This document shows, one piece after another, positions 25,801-36,900 of a DNA stretch of 64,000 nt. Positions within the stretch are counted from its first letter, which is position 1, and each line of letters starts with the position of its first letter. Under the pieces are notes generated by a model. It made no database searches. It was not told the DNA's origin and saw only the letters and a program-made list of their open reading frames with translations. A program made the position numbers and the translations under genes. This DNA comes from Amphiscolops sp. MND2022. Taxonomy: Eukaryota. Location: NCBI GenBank assembly GCA_964187785.1, contig OZ076410.1:63550001-63614000 (forward strand), given 5' to 3'.

Positions 25801-27898
25801 GTATGGAAACGGATCCTACTAAAAAGTTGGTCCTGAAAAAACGCGCAGACGTTGCAACACAACCTATTGAAGTCAATGTCCAATCGGCCCATGTGTCCGA
25901 AGAGGAGCAAGTGTTCTTTACCGAGGAAGACAATGAAACAGAAAAACAAACTTGGGAAAGAAAAAGGCAATCAAAAGCAGGACTCAAGGTCGCGGAGACC
26001 GTCATCCAGATTGATGCCAAATCTGAAAAAAATGTTGTAGAAGAAATTACTAATTTCACCCAGAAACTTCGCAGAACAAATCAAATACTGCTAGAACAAT
26101 CCAAAGACCCGATCTTGCTTCAATCAAAAGCAAAAATTCAGAATGAGAAATACTCTGAAGAAATCCTCCAAAAGGACATTCGGTATAGACATTATTTGAA
26201 TAACCTAGACCGAATAGTCCTCAAAGACGAAATTGTAACAAGAAAATCCTATGATGAAACAGGCCAAATCAAATACCACCAGATTTCACTGCCGAAACAT
26301 TTGTTGAAAGAATTACAACAAGCAATACATGGCACGGCACATCGACACCCAGGCATATCCAAAATGCTACAAGAAATTCGCCAAAAAAACTACTACACTG
26401 GAATTGCAAACATGTTAAAAAATGGGTAGAAGGCTGCGAAACGTATGCCAGAGACAAGAGGGTCCCTAATAACACTATCACACCAGAATTACTAAATTTG
26501 CCCGAACGGGACCTCGGTCCTGAAGATGCCATGCAACATGATTTATTATCAAATCACCCGACCAGCGGAGGATACCGAACAGTAATGACAGCCATTGATG
26601 TTTTTTCAAGATACCTATTTGCCTACGCGCTAATTGAAGCGACAGCCACAAATGTAGCCAATGTAATAGTAGACATCATGACGAAAAAATCATATTTACC
26701 GACAACTCTTGTTACGGACAAAGGGTCCGCATTTACATCAACCGTCATAGCCGAAATAACTCAAATTTTGGGCATAACACTCAAATGCGCTACTACAAAG
26801 CACCCGCAAACAATTGGCAAGCTTGAAAGGACGCACGCCTCACTCAAGACCAACTTGAAAATGGCCTCAGGGGATAATCGACGACAATGGCACAAATACT
26901 TGCCATTAGCCGTGCTCAACTACAATACTACATATCACTCCAGTATTGGATGTGAGCCGAGTAAAGTCTTTCATGGCCGAATTCCCTTCAATGTCCTAGA
27001 TCACAAATTGGGAAACAACCCCAACAAAAATTTCCTACCAACTACAGAATTTGGGGAAGAAGTACAACAGAAGACACAAATCCTCATTGACCAGGCTAAA
27101 AAGAACATAATGCAGTCCTATTTAATGTACAAAGACAATTACGACCGAAAGGCCAAAGCGGCTCCGCTTAAAGAGAAGGATTATTGCTTTGTTTTACAAC
27201 CTAAAGTGGATAGTCAAGCATCAAAAATCCCATTCAGGGAATACAGGTGGATTGGCCCCTTTGTCGTTCAGACAGTACTGTCCAATGACAACTATTTTGT
27301 GCGTCGGTTGAATACCAATAAGATGCAAATACTCCATGGTATTAGACTAAAAAAATTCGTACCAAATGCCCCTTTAGAGGACAAATATGATGTCGAAAAA
27401 TTACAACCCGACAATGAGATAGTAATACCACAAGACGACTTGTATACTATCTCATGGGAAGTAAATTTTGAATACGAATTATTTGAACCGAGAAAAGATG
27501 ATTGGACCGACGTGGCCCCACGCTGGCCGACCGACGCTGAGGATGGCAGTCTAGACCATTACGTCATCGAGGATGAACACAGCCACGCAAGCGAGAATGA
27601 AAGCCGCAGCGAACGAACTAACGAAGATGACGTCACCGAGAATGAAACACGAACGCAATCGCGCAATAGCCGAGACGTGTCGTCACCATTGGATGACACG
27701 ACTAATGGGACTCAAAATGAAAATGACGTCACTAATGATTTACAAGATGCAGGAAATGTTTCAAACAGAGGCGCAGATTTTACCGTGCCCGGAATATCGG
27801 AAAAAGAAAACTCTGAAGAACACTTTAGCCCTAGAGGAAGGAGATATAACCTTCGACCTAACCCCAACCCCAACTTTACTGATGAATACAGATACTAG
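22811..27898 (+). pseudogene. pol: pol of element C: aspartic protease, reverse transcriptase, RNase H, integrase
   Basis: LIDTGA (protease); LLVDLRKIN, LDCSQAY and YVDDI (RT); MTDAS (RNase H); HGTAHRHPG, IDVFSRYL, TDKG and ERTH (integrase); terminal RYNLRPNPNPN. Several stops and frameshifts. Confidence 0.95.
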
Positions 27899-29277
27899 CA
27901 AGAAATTTGAATTACCTGTCCCTTTTCCTTTACTATCAGTCCATGAGGACAATTATTTTTTACTTGGGACTTTTCTGACTAACTTTTTACTTAAAATAAT
28001 TATTTACATTAAAGGAGACTCAGTGGTGAACAAAACCACACTCAGACAAATCAGCAATAAAAGGAAAAGATCCAAATCAGTTTACAACAATTACAAAGTC
28101 TAAGAACAAATGTACTCTTTGTACATTTAAGATCTAGAGGTTCCGGGAGTGTTTCCATCAGAGAATTTTGTGACTTCAGTTCCACTAGTGACCCGGAAGC
28201 CAACCTTCTTGCCTTTATCGAGGGGACTGCTTACGCTGTTTTCCCCTTCTTTAGATGAGGAACTTGAAGTGGACTCGGTGTCAGGTCGGACACACTTGCC
28301 CAAAGCCTTGTAGACTGTGACCAGAACTTTGTGAAAGTTGGACTTGCCGAAACTATCTACATGAGACCAAGGATATCCTGGAACGTTACCGCTGCTGAAC
28401 AGGGCTTCTAGATCTTTGAAGGTACCCACGGAAGCTTCGGTAGTACACACAGCCACTGAGTTCGCCACATTAGCAAGGTACGACTGCGCAGGCATAATAA
28501 CGTCGAAAAGCCGACATCGTGGATCACTGCAGTCAACGCCAGGGACTTTGACGGCTGCGAGCTCTGGCAATTTAGAAGGCAAACACAGACAACTCAATTG
28601 GAAGATGTAGAACAGATGTTTGCGCATCTTCAATTCGGGCATGCCCATAAGGAAGGATACCATGTCGGTAAAGACCTCTGGGGTGTCCTTAGCTCCAGAA
28701 TTCGTGTTGCGGAAGCACTCCAAGAAATCGACGTATTCGTCTCGGGCATCAGATTCTGGGGAGTTCTCCAGCCATCCTCGTAGACTGAAGGAGCGAAACA
28801 AAGCAGAGAAGCAATACGTCGCTTGATCGATAGGTAGGCTCAGTAGAGTTACTGGATCGAAGCTACACAAGCCTCTGACGATGACAGCAATGAGGCTAAT
28901 GTTCGAGAGAAAGACTTTCAGTAGATGGATGAAATAACCACGAGCCTTGGTGGCAAAATCATCCCGAGTGGCCTCAACTGCAGCGTCTGTTTCAGCAGGA
29001 GTCATTTGCTTCTCACTGTGGATCTTCTCAACGCGAGCCAGGCAAGCAGCATCCGGGTCTTCTTTTAACTTCAGACAACTCAAGAAGTCGCGGTTTGACA
29101 ATTGACGCCAGTTCTGTCCTTGCAAGTCTTCCAGCGCCCTCCAGTCCAAAATCTCAGGCACATACTTAGGGAGAAGAGCCCGAGTAGCTAGCTTCTGAAT
29201 GAAAGAGTGGAACTCGCGGAAAGTGAAGAACCCACTCTCTTTTCTTTGGGCAAATTGGCTCTCGAAACTCTTGGTAT

Positions 29278-29354
29278 CTGAAAAACAAATGTATTATTGT
29301 CCCGGTTGGGGACAATTACGACGATTTGTTACATTTTAGACGAACCCTGCTTAC
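29278..29354 (-). other. GT-AG intron (77 nt, phase 1) in antisense gene C
   Basis: G|GTAAGC donor and TTTGTTTTTCAG|AT acceptor. Phase is consistent with ORF 28127-29161, but two stops just upstream make the donor position less certain. Confidence 0.6.
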
Positions 29355-29631
29355 CGACAATTAAAACCAAGACCATGTGGCCCAATAGCGGAACAAAAAG
29401 ATACTAATTCTAACAATCACGAACGATCCGTGCAAAGAATTCCAGTTTTATGACGAAGAAATTGTCAGCCATAATCTCCCACTCGAGACTTTGAGGCTTG
29501 TTTTTCACTCCCTGATGTACTTGTGGTGGTGCAATTTTAGTCAAATACTGGTGAACAGACTTCCAGTTCGCGATCAACTCAATGCATATAGTAGGCACGG
29601 CAGCAATCTCCAGATGACAAGTGGACATAGC

Positions 29632-29699
29632 CTACAGTAAATATGAACATTAGAACCAACCTATAAATGGACCTACAGTCGAAAAGACGAGACCCTTAC
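29632..29699 (-). other. GT-AG intron (68 nt, phase 0) in antisense gene C
   Basis: AAG|GTAAGG donor, CTAAT branch-point-like motif, TTTACTGTAG|GCT acceptor. Removal joins ORF 29673-29942 to ORF 29410-29628 in frame. Confidence 0.8.
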
Positions 29700-30188
29700 C
29701 TTGACGAATTTTGGCATTGGAGCAGCCCATGGTTGCCAGCAACAGCCGTCCAAGGTGACCAGAAACTTCAGCTGTGAAAAGAAACTGATGGCTCCAAAGA
29801 CACTTCCCCAGCGTTCGTGCATTTTGCTGGGCAGAGAGAGAGCATCGAATCGGAATCGGAAGGGGTACTCAATCCCCTTCGGGAAGAAGCAAGAACGTTC
29901 AAGAAGCGGGATCAGTTCAACAGGACACCCAGACACACTCACAATTCAGGGCTGTGCTGACAACGCGGACAGGAGACGGGAAAGTGCCAATAGGAAGCCT
30001 GCAGCTGGCTCTGAAGCAGTCCAATAGCGCAACAACCGGACGACATTGAGGGGTTCGCCCTTCCAAAAGCGAATCGAGACGAAACTGTATGTGCCCCGTG
30101 TTTCAAATTCCAGAAAGTATTGGCCAGTGACACTGACTTGGCAGGCAATGTCTGCGATGCCACAGAGGAAGATGTGATGGAAAATTGC

Positions 30189-30272
30189 CTGAAACAATTC
30201 AACAAGGATGAAAATCTACCCAGGCTACGGTAGTCCAGAAGGACCTTGAGATTATAAATTGATAATACCTAC
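30189..30272 (-). other. GT-AG intron (84 nt, phase 0) in antisense gene C
   Basis: ACG|GTAGGT...TTGTTTCAG|GCA. Contains in-frame stops, and removal joins ORFs 30252-30620 and 29946-30197 in frame. Confidence 0.75.
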
Positions 30273-33014
30273 CGTCAATGTGGTAGAGCCCCAATCATAG
30301 GGAGAGAACAGACTTTGGTAGTTAGTCACAGTGCCAATCTGTGACCACAGCGTCTCGAGGACATGCAAGTCCCCGCAGCGAGGAGCGAAGAGAGCGACCA
30401 TCGAAATCTGCCTGCACAGTCTAATTTCCTCTTGTCCAGCGATAGAGCCAAGGCCAGCCATGTAATCCTCATGGAATGGGTAACTGCAGCGTTTTTCGAC
30501 TAGAGGGGCCTTCATGAAGAAAGGTTTCTCTCTCTCGAGTTCCAAAGGAGTGAGTACTTGGCCCTTCTTTCCTCTGACATCATGGACCTCACGGCCGGTG
30601 ATTTTATCTTTCTTCTTCAAATGCTCAAATCTCCAGCGCTGGTCCTCACGAAAGTGAGATTCGCACTGGAAGTGACGAACAATCTCTCGGCCCCCCTTTG
30701 AAAAGATTAAAACGTTGGTCTTGCATATTTGGCAATAAAATTTGTGTGTATTGTGTTCGGGGTCTAGTGGGCCAGTAACAAATGTGCGAGTCCTTGTATG
30801 TCTTTGAAATAAGCTTCCTTAATGATTTTACCATTACGTCCAGGAAGTTGTCAGCGTTTGCGTGGAGGACTGGAAACGGGAACTTGATCCCCGGTTAAAG
30901 TGGCTAATGGCTCGTAGTCTGTGGCGCAGAATCCCGGACTGGGGACTTGGTGGCTAGTGGAAGGCTCAGCTGTGGAAGTAGTGCTTTGGCAGAACGGACT
31001 TGGAGGAGGTGCGAGGTCAAGCTCCCTAGCCGTCCTTTGCGAATTGATGACAAAGTCATCCTCTGAACTGACGGCCCCACTGGTGTATCCTTCAGTGCCA
31101 GTGTCACTGTCTTGGCCATCCTTTCCAGGACTGTCCGACTGCTTGCGGAAGCATTTGACCCGCTGTCTGCCGGACCCTTGTTGGCCACCTTGAGACCGGA
31201 CTCCCACACGGATTGCCTGTTCCAATATATTCTTCATCTGATGAAGTGATGAAGTTAAAGTCTCATTGGAGACAGCGCGGAGAATGGACTGCACCTGTCC
31301 CTGGTTGAAGGCGACTGTTGCATGACCTAGCACTTTATCAGTCGATTCTGACACAACTTGAGGAATTGGTTCCGACTCAGAGACCTTCGTGGTTGTTAAT
31401 TCGGGAATATCCCTATTTACGGCGGAGGCAGTAGGAGGTAGGAAGGTGATAACGAGTCCAGTGCCTTGACAACCTAGTACCTGCAGCTGACGTTCAATAT
31501 AGGTGGAGATGCTCTCTCCAGTGGAAGAACTGGGGGACGGACCGACCTTGGCCGGATTATCATCAGGCTGCTCATGTTGTTTGGACTCAGCGTCCTCCAA
31601 TGTTGCAGTGGCATGGCTAATTTCAGTTTCCTTGTGAACTAGAGGAACTTCTTCCATCGGGATTTCAGTAGTAGTGGCAAGACCAGCTTCATTAAGCTCT
31701 TTGGACGACATGTCTAAATAGAAAGAGATAAATTCAAGCGGAAAGCTTCCTGAAAAAGAGTCCATTACCGCGTTAAAAAATCTTCTGGAAGTAGATATTT
31801 GAACCAAGTGAACACTTGTGTTATAGGACAGGAAGTACGTGAATGAAATGAGAGCCCTGATCAAGCCTCAAACTAGTTCATTACCAAATATAGAAATGAA
31901 GAAACCTGAAAGCTACTGACCTGTTTGGACTAGGTTGTAGGGAGAATGTTCTGTATCCAAAAAGAATTGTTGATGGAAGATAGACTGGATGTCTCAGTGT
32001 TTCAAATTCGGCAAATCTGTCGGCAAAATAGTTGGTTCATTTGAACTTGCAATTTCACAAGTGCTGCTAAACTGGGGAAACAATATCTTCTTTGAAGAAG
32101 GAAAAGAATGTTGAATCTGGCTGGGACTGCCAAGTGGGACTCAGTGTCGATTGTTCTAGGTTGACCCAAGATATCTACAGAAGCGAAGAGGATACAAAAG
32201 AAGTATCAAGGAGGAAATATGAATGAAAACTTCAAACAAAGACAAGTAAATATGACTCAAAGACTGAAAGACTAAAGGTGATTAAATACTGGACGCTACA
32301 AGAAGAATAAATTGGAGAGAATTCAAATGTAAAGGAATTGAAAGGCGAATCAGCAATGTGGCAAAGTGTCAAAATTGGAGTTCGTGGCTATACAGTTTGG
32401 TGTCACATCTGCAGTCGTTTACAATTTACATTCTTATGTGGATGGAGTCTGCCAGCGATATCTACATTTATTCATTTATTTCGAAACTTTAACATTTTTA
32501 CAAATTTTTTTATGATTTTATCAGGATTTTATTTATTTTCAAGGTCATTTAGGATTAGTCCTTATATGGATTTGCGACCTTGAGGACCCATTTTTATTCA
32601 GAAGAAATTATGCTGCATTCCTTTTGGTTTATTAAATCGGTGAAGGACAGCGTGGCCGCCTGCCAAATCTTCACCCTCTTAAAATTCTTAAGTGCTAGAT
32701 GAGTGTTAATAAACACTTGAAGCGACACTCTTAATATGGAAGTGTTGACAGAGCTGATGTAAGTCAACAAAGCCTTGGTCGGCATTTCAAAAAGAACCGA
32801 GCGGTTAGTTAAGAGATTTTACAAGGAAGGAATTTTGTTATTGAAAGTTTAGTCAGCAGGGAAGAGCGAAACCCCGGAAAACTGAAACAAAACTCCCGCA
32901 AGTCGACAGAGAAGAAAAATTGCCATTGTTTCAGTTTCATTTTTTATAACAACAGTTCTCCAAAACTCAAACTTCAATCCTAGTCAAACCCCCAAAAAAG
33001 CTAAGAAAGTAATC

Positions 33015-33782
33015 ATGGATAAACTTTTGTCCAGCCACTTTGACTCTGAGTCCCCACAATATTATTCCGAAGACTTCTAAGGAGCAGCACCCGGAGACGG
33101 GATAATCTATATATCCTCCGATGACGAGATGGAGTGTGCAAGTAGCGCGTCTGTGGACGACTTGGAAAGCTTGTCCGACGATGACGAAGTGGCAATTCTG
33201 GCTGAATGTATAGAAAGGCAAATGGAACTTCCTGCAGTGTCAGAGAACATTCCAGTTCCTTCAAGCTCCAGCAAGCAAGAGGGAATGGGCAGAGGACCTG
33301 TTGCAAGGGATTCGAAATTCAGGAACGATCACCCAATCAACATCTGCAGTCAATTGGTCCCAATGGTCGATACGTTCTTGTCGCCCCCAGCTGTAGATAA
33401 ATACCCGACGGGTGACTGGAGAGTAGTAGCAGAGGCTTCTACAAGCAGCAATCAACAACACGCTAGTGGTATTCAGTTCAGAGGATCGAATGGCAACGAT
33501 AACCCTTATATCACAGGCTTTACAGACTGCCTTGTTTGCAAAATATCTGTCGAGCAGATTCAAGACGAAGCAGTTATTGACTATTTGCACAAAACAGCCG
33601 TTCGGGGGGGGACGCCGGAACAGTTCAACGCTAGAAGACTGGCCTTCTTAGAAGGGATGAAGGTGGGCTGTTTCATGCTAATACCAGGAGGAGTGTCCCA
33701 GGCGTCCGCCTGTGATGGGAATATGTATTCAATTTGCCATGACTACAAGAAAGCACAGCCTTACACAATCCCATTGAACTAA
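33015..33782 (+). pseudogene. Small acidic sense accessory ORF of element C (~255 codons, one stop at codon 22)
   Basis: ATG at 33015 is in frame with ORF 33129-33782. Contains IIYISSDDE and CLVC. Lies between the antisense gene and the 3' LTR. Confidence 0.65.
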
Positions 33783-33928
33783 AACTTACAAGTAAAAACT
33801 GTTTACATTCTTTTAAAAGTCATGTAAATCCTACATTTTACTTTATGATATGGTTTATATTACGCAATTGCATAAAGAATAAGTATACTGGCGCTAATAT
33901 TATGATGTAAGTAAATTGGAGACCAAGG

Positions 33929-35176
33929 TGTACAGGTAAAGGAAACGTGTTCAAATGTTTCCTCGCCTGTCGCCTTGGTCCGCAAGTCCGAATGCTTCGC
34001 TAGCCAATCAGAACGCAGTATTACTTTCATTTGTTGCTGTACTGTATTGTTTGATTGAAGGACTGGATGGCCATATGCCGCCTGTCAACAAAGCGCTAGT
34101 CCGCCCGTGTCGATTGAACACTGAGTCCGCAATTAGATTAAAGGCGCTAACGAGAAAGTATTATTGGTTACGTAATTGATGATGCTTTAATTACCTTCAA
34201 AATACTTGAACAGTCCCAAAAGGACTCATGAACGATGCTAGACTGAGTGCTATTACTTGTAATTCCATGAAAAGCAGTTAAATGTTGTTTTATTTTGTAC
34301 ATGTACGCTGTTTATTGTATATACGGACTCACGGGCTTCCCGCCATAACACCCGCTAAGGAAGTCCTTTGATGTAAATGACATCATGATGATGCTATTGT
34401 TGCTATTTATAGCTGTGTCTATATTTAGAAAGCCGTTAAGGCTATTTTTAGCTCATGACTGCTAAAATTCTGAATTTCATGTAGTTTCTAATATATATAG
34501 CCGGGACATTTAGCCCCGGGGACACAATTGTTGAATGACACTACATGTTGAAGTTACTTACCTTTTAGTAATATACTGAATTTGCAAGCTAAAAGATAAT
34601 TCACATCTTTATCTTGTAATAATTTCTTATGCCTTCCACAAGAAGACAAAAAGCAAAAGCCAGGAGATCTAGAGAAATGGACATGATGTCCGACTTTGAA
34701 AATCTAGACGTAATGCTGGGAAATGAAAAAATTAATCCCATAGAAAGAGAATTAGCTGATGCTATAGATCAGTCGTCGGCCCACGGGGACGCTGCTACAA
34801 ATGTGTACCAACGAAATGAAAATAGAGATTACTTGCATGAAATTGACTCACTGAGACAAATTAAGTTAGACAGTCCTTCGAAATTTTCTCAAATGAATGC
34901 AACCTTAGACTGTCTCAAGAAATGGACTCAATGATGTCGATGATGCATAGTCAGATAAATAGGGCCATTACGGCAGCTATAGCTGAGAGATTTATCCCAG
35001 AGATTCAGAACATTGCTAACTCAATGTCCTCCACGGGCACAGGGACACTCAGGCCAGTTTGTCCCCTAATAGTCAGGAAAACAGGGAAAGCGCATCTGAG
35101 CCTAAAATAAAGATTGCAAAGAAGGATTCACGATCTGTAGGTGATTTGAGAGATACCACGGGTCATGGTTCTCACA
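33929..35176 (+). repeat. 3' LTR of element C (1248 bp)
   Basis: TGTACAGG...TTCTCACA, a direct repeat of 20435-21697 that includes a broken copy of the gag start (34629 onward). Confidence 0.9.
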
Positions 35177-35699
35177 TCTGCCACGATTTTTGCCCAAATG
35201 TACGTTTTAAATTCCGATAGAATAAAAATAATTTGTTGAATGTTCGTGTTCTTAATTTCTTATCTGAGCAGAATGAGGAGAATCATACTGCTCAAAGTTT
35301 CTATCATTTCTTTGGAAGTGGATGGATTTGTGAAGGATCGAGTTTGGAACGACATTTACTGAGCAGAGGATAAATATTTTAAATCCAATAGTGTTGAAAC
35401 ACTGAATAAACTTTATTGCCCGTCTTTGTTTCTAGATGTTCATCATCATTGTTATTTTTGAACCAAATTTTGTAATAGTAATGTGTAGTTTGAAATGACA
35501 CCGGTTGAAAATAAATGCATTCCTTGTGTTTTTGTTTTGACGTAAATTGTGAAACTTTGGAGGTTCCTAGTCCTGTTGTATGTCATGTTTATTGAAAGAG
35601 TTCGATAAAAACATTGTTTCCAGTAGGTACTTTTGTATGTAACAGAATTTATAATACAAAATATAGAGACCTATGTATGAAACGTTTAGTAATGTTTCA

Positions 35700-36900
35700 C
35701 AGATAGCGAAATGAAAGACTTGCTTTAATGAAAGTGTCTTTCCTACGATGTTAAAGAGAGCGACTATAACCCCCATTTTCAAAACAGATGACATTCTAGA
35801 TCCCAAAAATTATCGTCCCATTTGGATTACAACAATGTTCTCCAAAATCCTTGAAAAATGTATTCATAGGCAAATTACAGCTTACATTGAAGAAAAAACT
35901 CCTCGCTCCACTCCAATTTGGTTTTAGGAAAAAAGTATCAGTAGACGAAATTCAGGATGTAAAAATAGTTCATGCAGTCTTGCTGGATTTATCAAAAGCT
36001 TTTGACTCACTTTCACATGATATCCTTTTGTCTAAACTCAAGTCTCTTAGTTTCTCATCTTCGGTCATCAGCTTTATAAAAAGTTTCCTCAGTGATAGAC
36101 TGCAAGCAGGTTTCATTGAATGGTGTCAAATCGGATTGGATAGAACTGAAGCAAGGCGTTCCCCAGGGCACAATTTTAGGACCACTGCTCTTCAGCCTAT
36201 ATGTCAATGACCTGACTGGACAGATAACGGATGATGCTCGCATTATCCAGTACGCTGATGATTGTTTGCTTTTTGTAGTCACCAGGACTCTGACATTGCT
36301 TTGCAATGTTTGCAAACAAAAATTTTGAAACATGAAAGTTACTTTAAGTCCCATCGACTAAATTTGAATGGCAGTAAAACAGAAATCATAACTTTTTCTC
36401 GTAAAAGTGACAAGAGGCAAACTAGACAAATATCTTGGAATATCGTTAGTTCAACACTTGACTTTCCAAACCCAGGTAAAATACGTTCTAAAAACATGGC
36501 AGTTGGAATAAAAACTAATGAATCTATACAACACAAATTTCCGACCACAGTCTTAGTCATGCGTTTCCACGCGCTAATAATCAGTCATTTTGGATACTCT
36601 GCTCTTTTTTCACTCAAATATCCCCTCTTTTATTACTTTCCCTTGAGAAACAAATGAACTGGGCTTTAAAATCTGTCTACTTCCGTTCGAGCTTTAAATT
36701 GTCGAGTGATCCGAGAGATAAAAAATAATTGGAATAAAGCAACTTATCGAGATGAAATCTCTAGTATTTCTGTTCAAATATCTCAAAAAAACTAAAAAAG
36801 CATTCCAGAGCACTTTGAAGTTTCCTACGGCAATTTTTAGGTGGAACAATTGCACTAATCAGATAATATACGTGGGAAGTCATGTATCTCTCTCCAGTTC
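35700..36900 (+). pseudogene. Non-LTR retrotransposon (CR1/L2-like) reverse transcriptase fragment
   Basis: FPTMLKRATITPIFK..NYRPI, QFGFRK, LLDLSKAFD, GVPQGTILGPLLF, QYADD. Confidence 0.85.

Larger units (their letters stand above)
28127..31711 (-). pseudogene. Spliced antisense accessory gene of element C (~1100 aa): S/T/E/P-rich N-terminus, C2H2 zinc finger, hAT-transposase-like body with apparently lost catalytic residues
   Basis: ATG at 31711 lies just after a polypyrimidine-TAG acceptor. Predicted exons 31711-30273, 30188-29700, 29631-29355 and 29277-28127. FYCQICKTNVLIFSKGGREIVRHFQCESH at 30654-30740. hAT-like blocks: WGSTTLT|AIFHHIF, YFLEFETRGTYSFVSIRFW, CIELIANWKSVHQYL, KSFESQF..FIQKLATRALLPKYV, YFIHLLKVF..LCSFDP, LFYIFQLSCLCLP. 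A few stops and one frameshift. Confidence 0.75.
20435..35176 (+). mobile_element. Large Gypsy-type LTR retrotransposon C (14.7 kb) with a ~6-kb accessory region after pol
   Basis: Two ~1.25-kb direct repeats, PBS, gag with CCHC knuckle, and pol in PR-RT-RH-IN order (Ty3/Gypsy). No matching TSD. Confidence 0.93.

Noticed and set aside
27899-33928. Accessory region of C as a nested autonomous hAT DNA transposon
   Set aside because: I found no terminal inverted repeats or 8-bp TSD, the catalytic residues look absent, and homologs occupy the same position and orientation in A and B. Not fully excluded without alignment of more copies.
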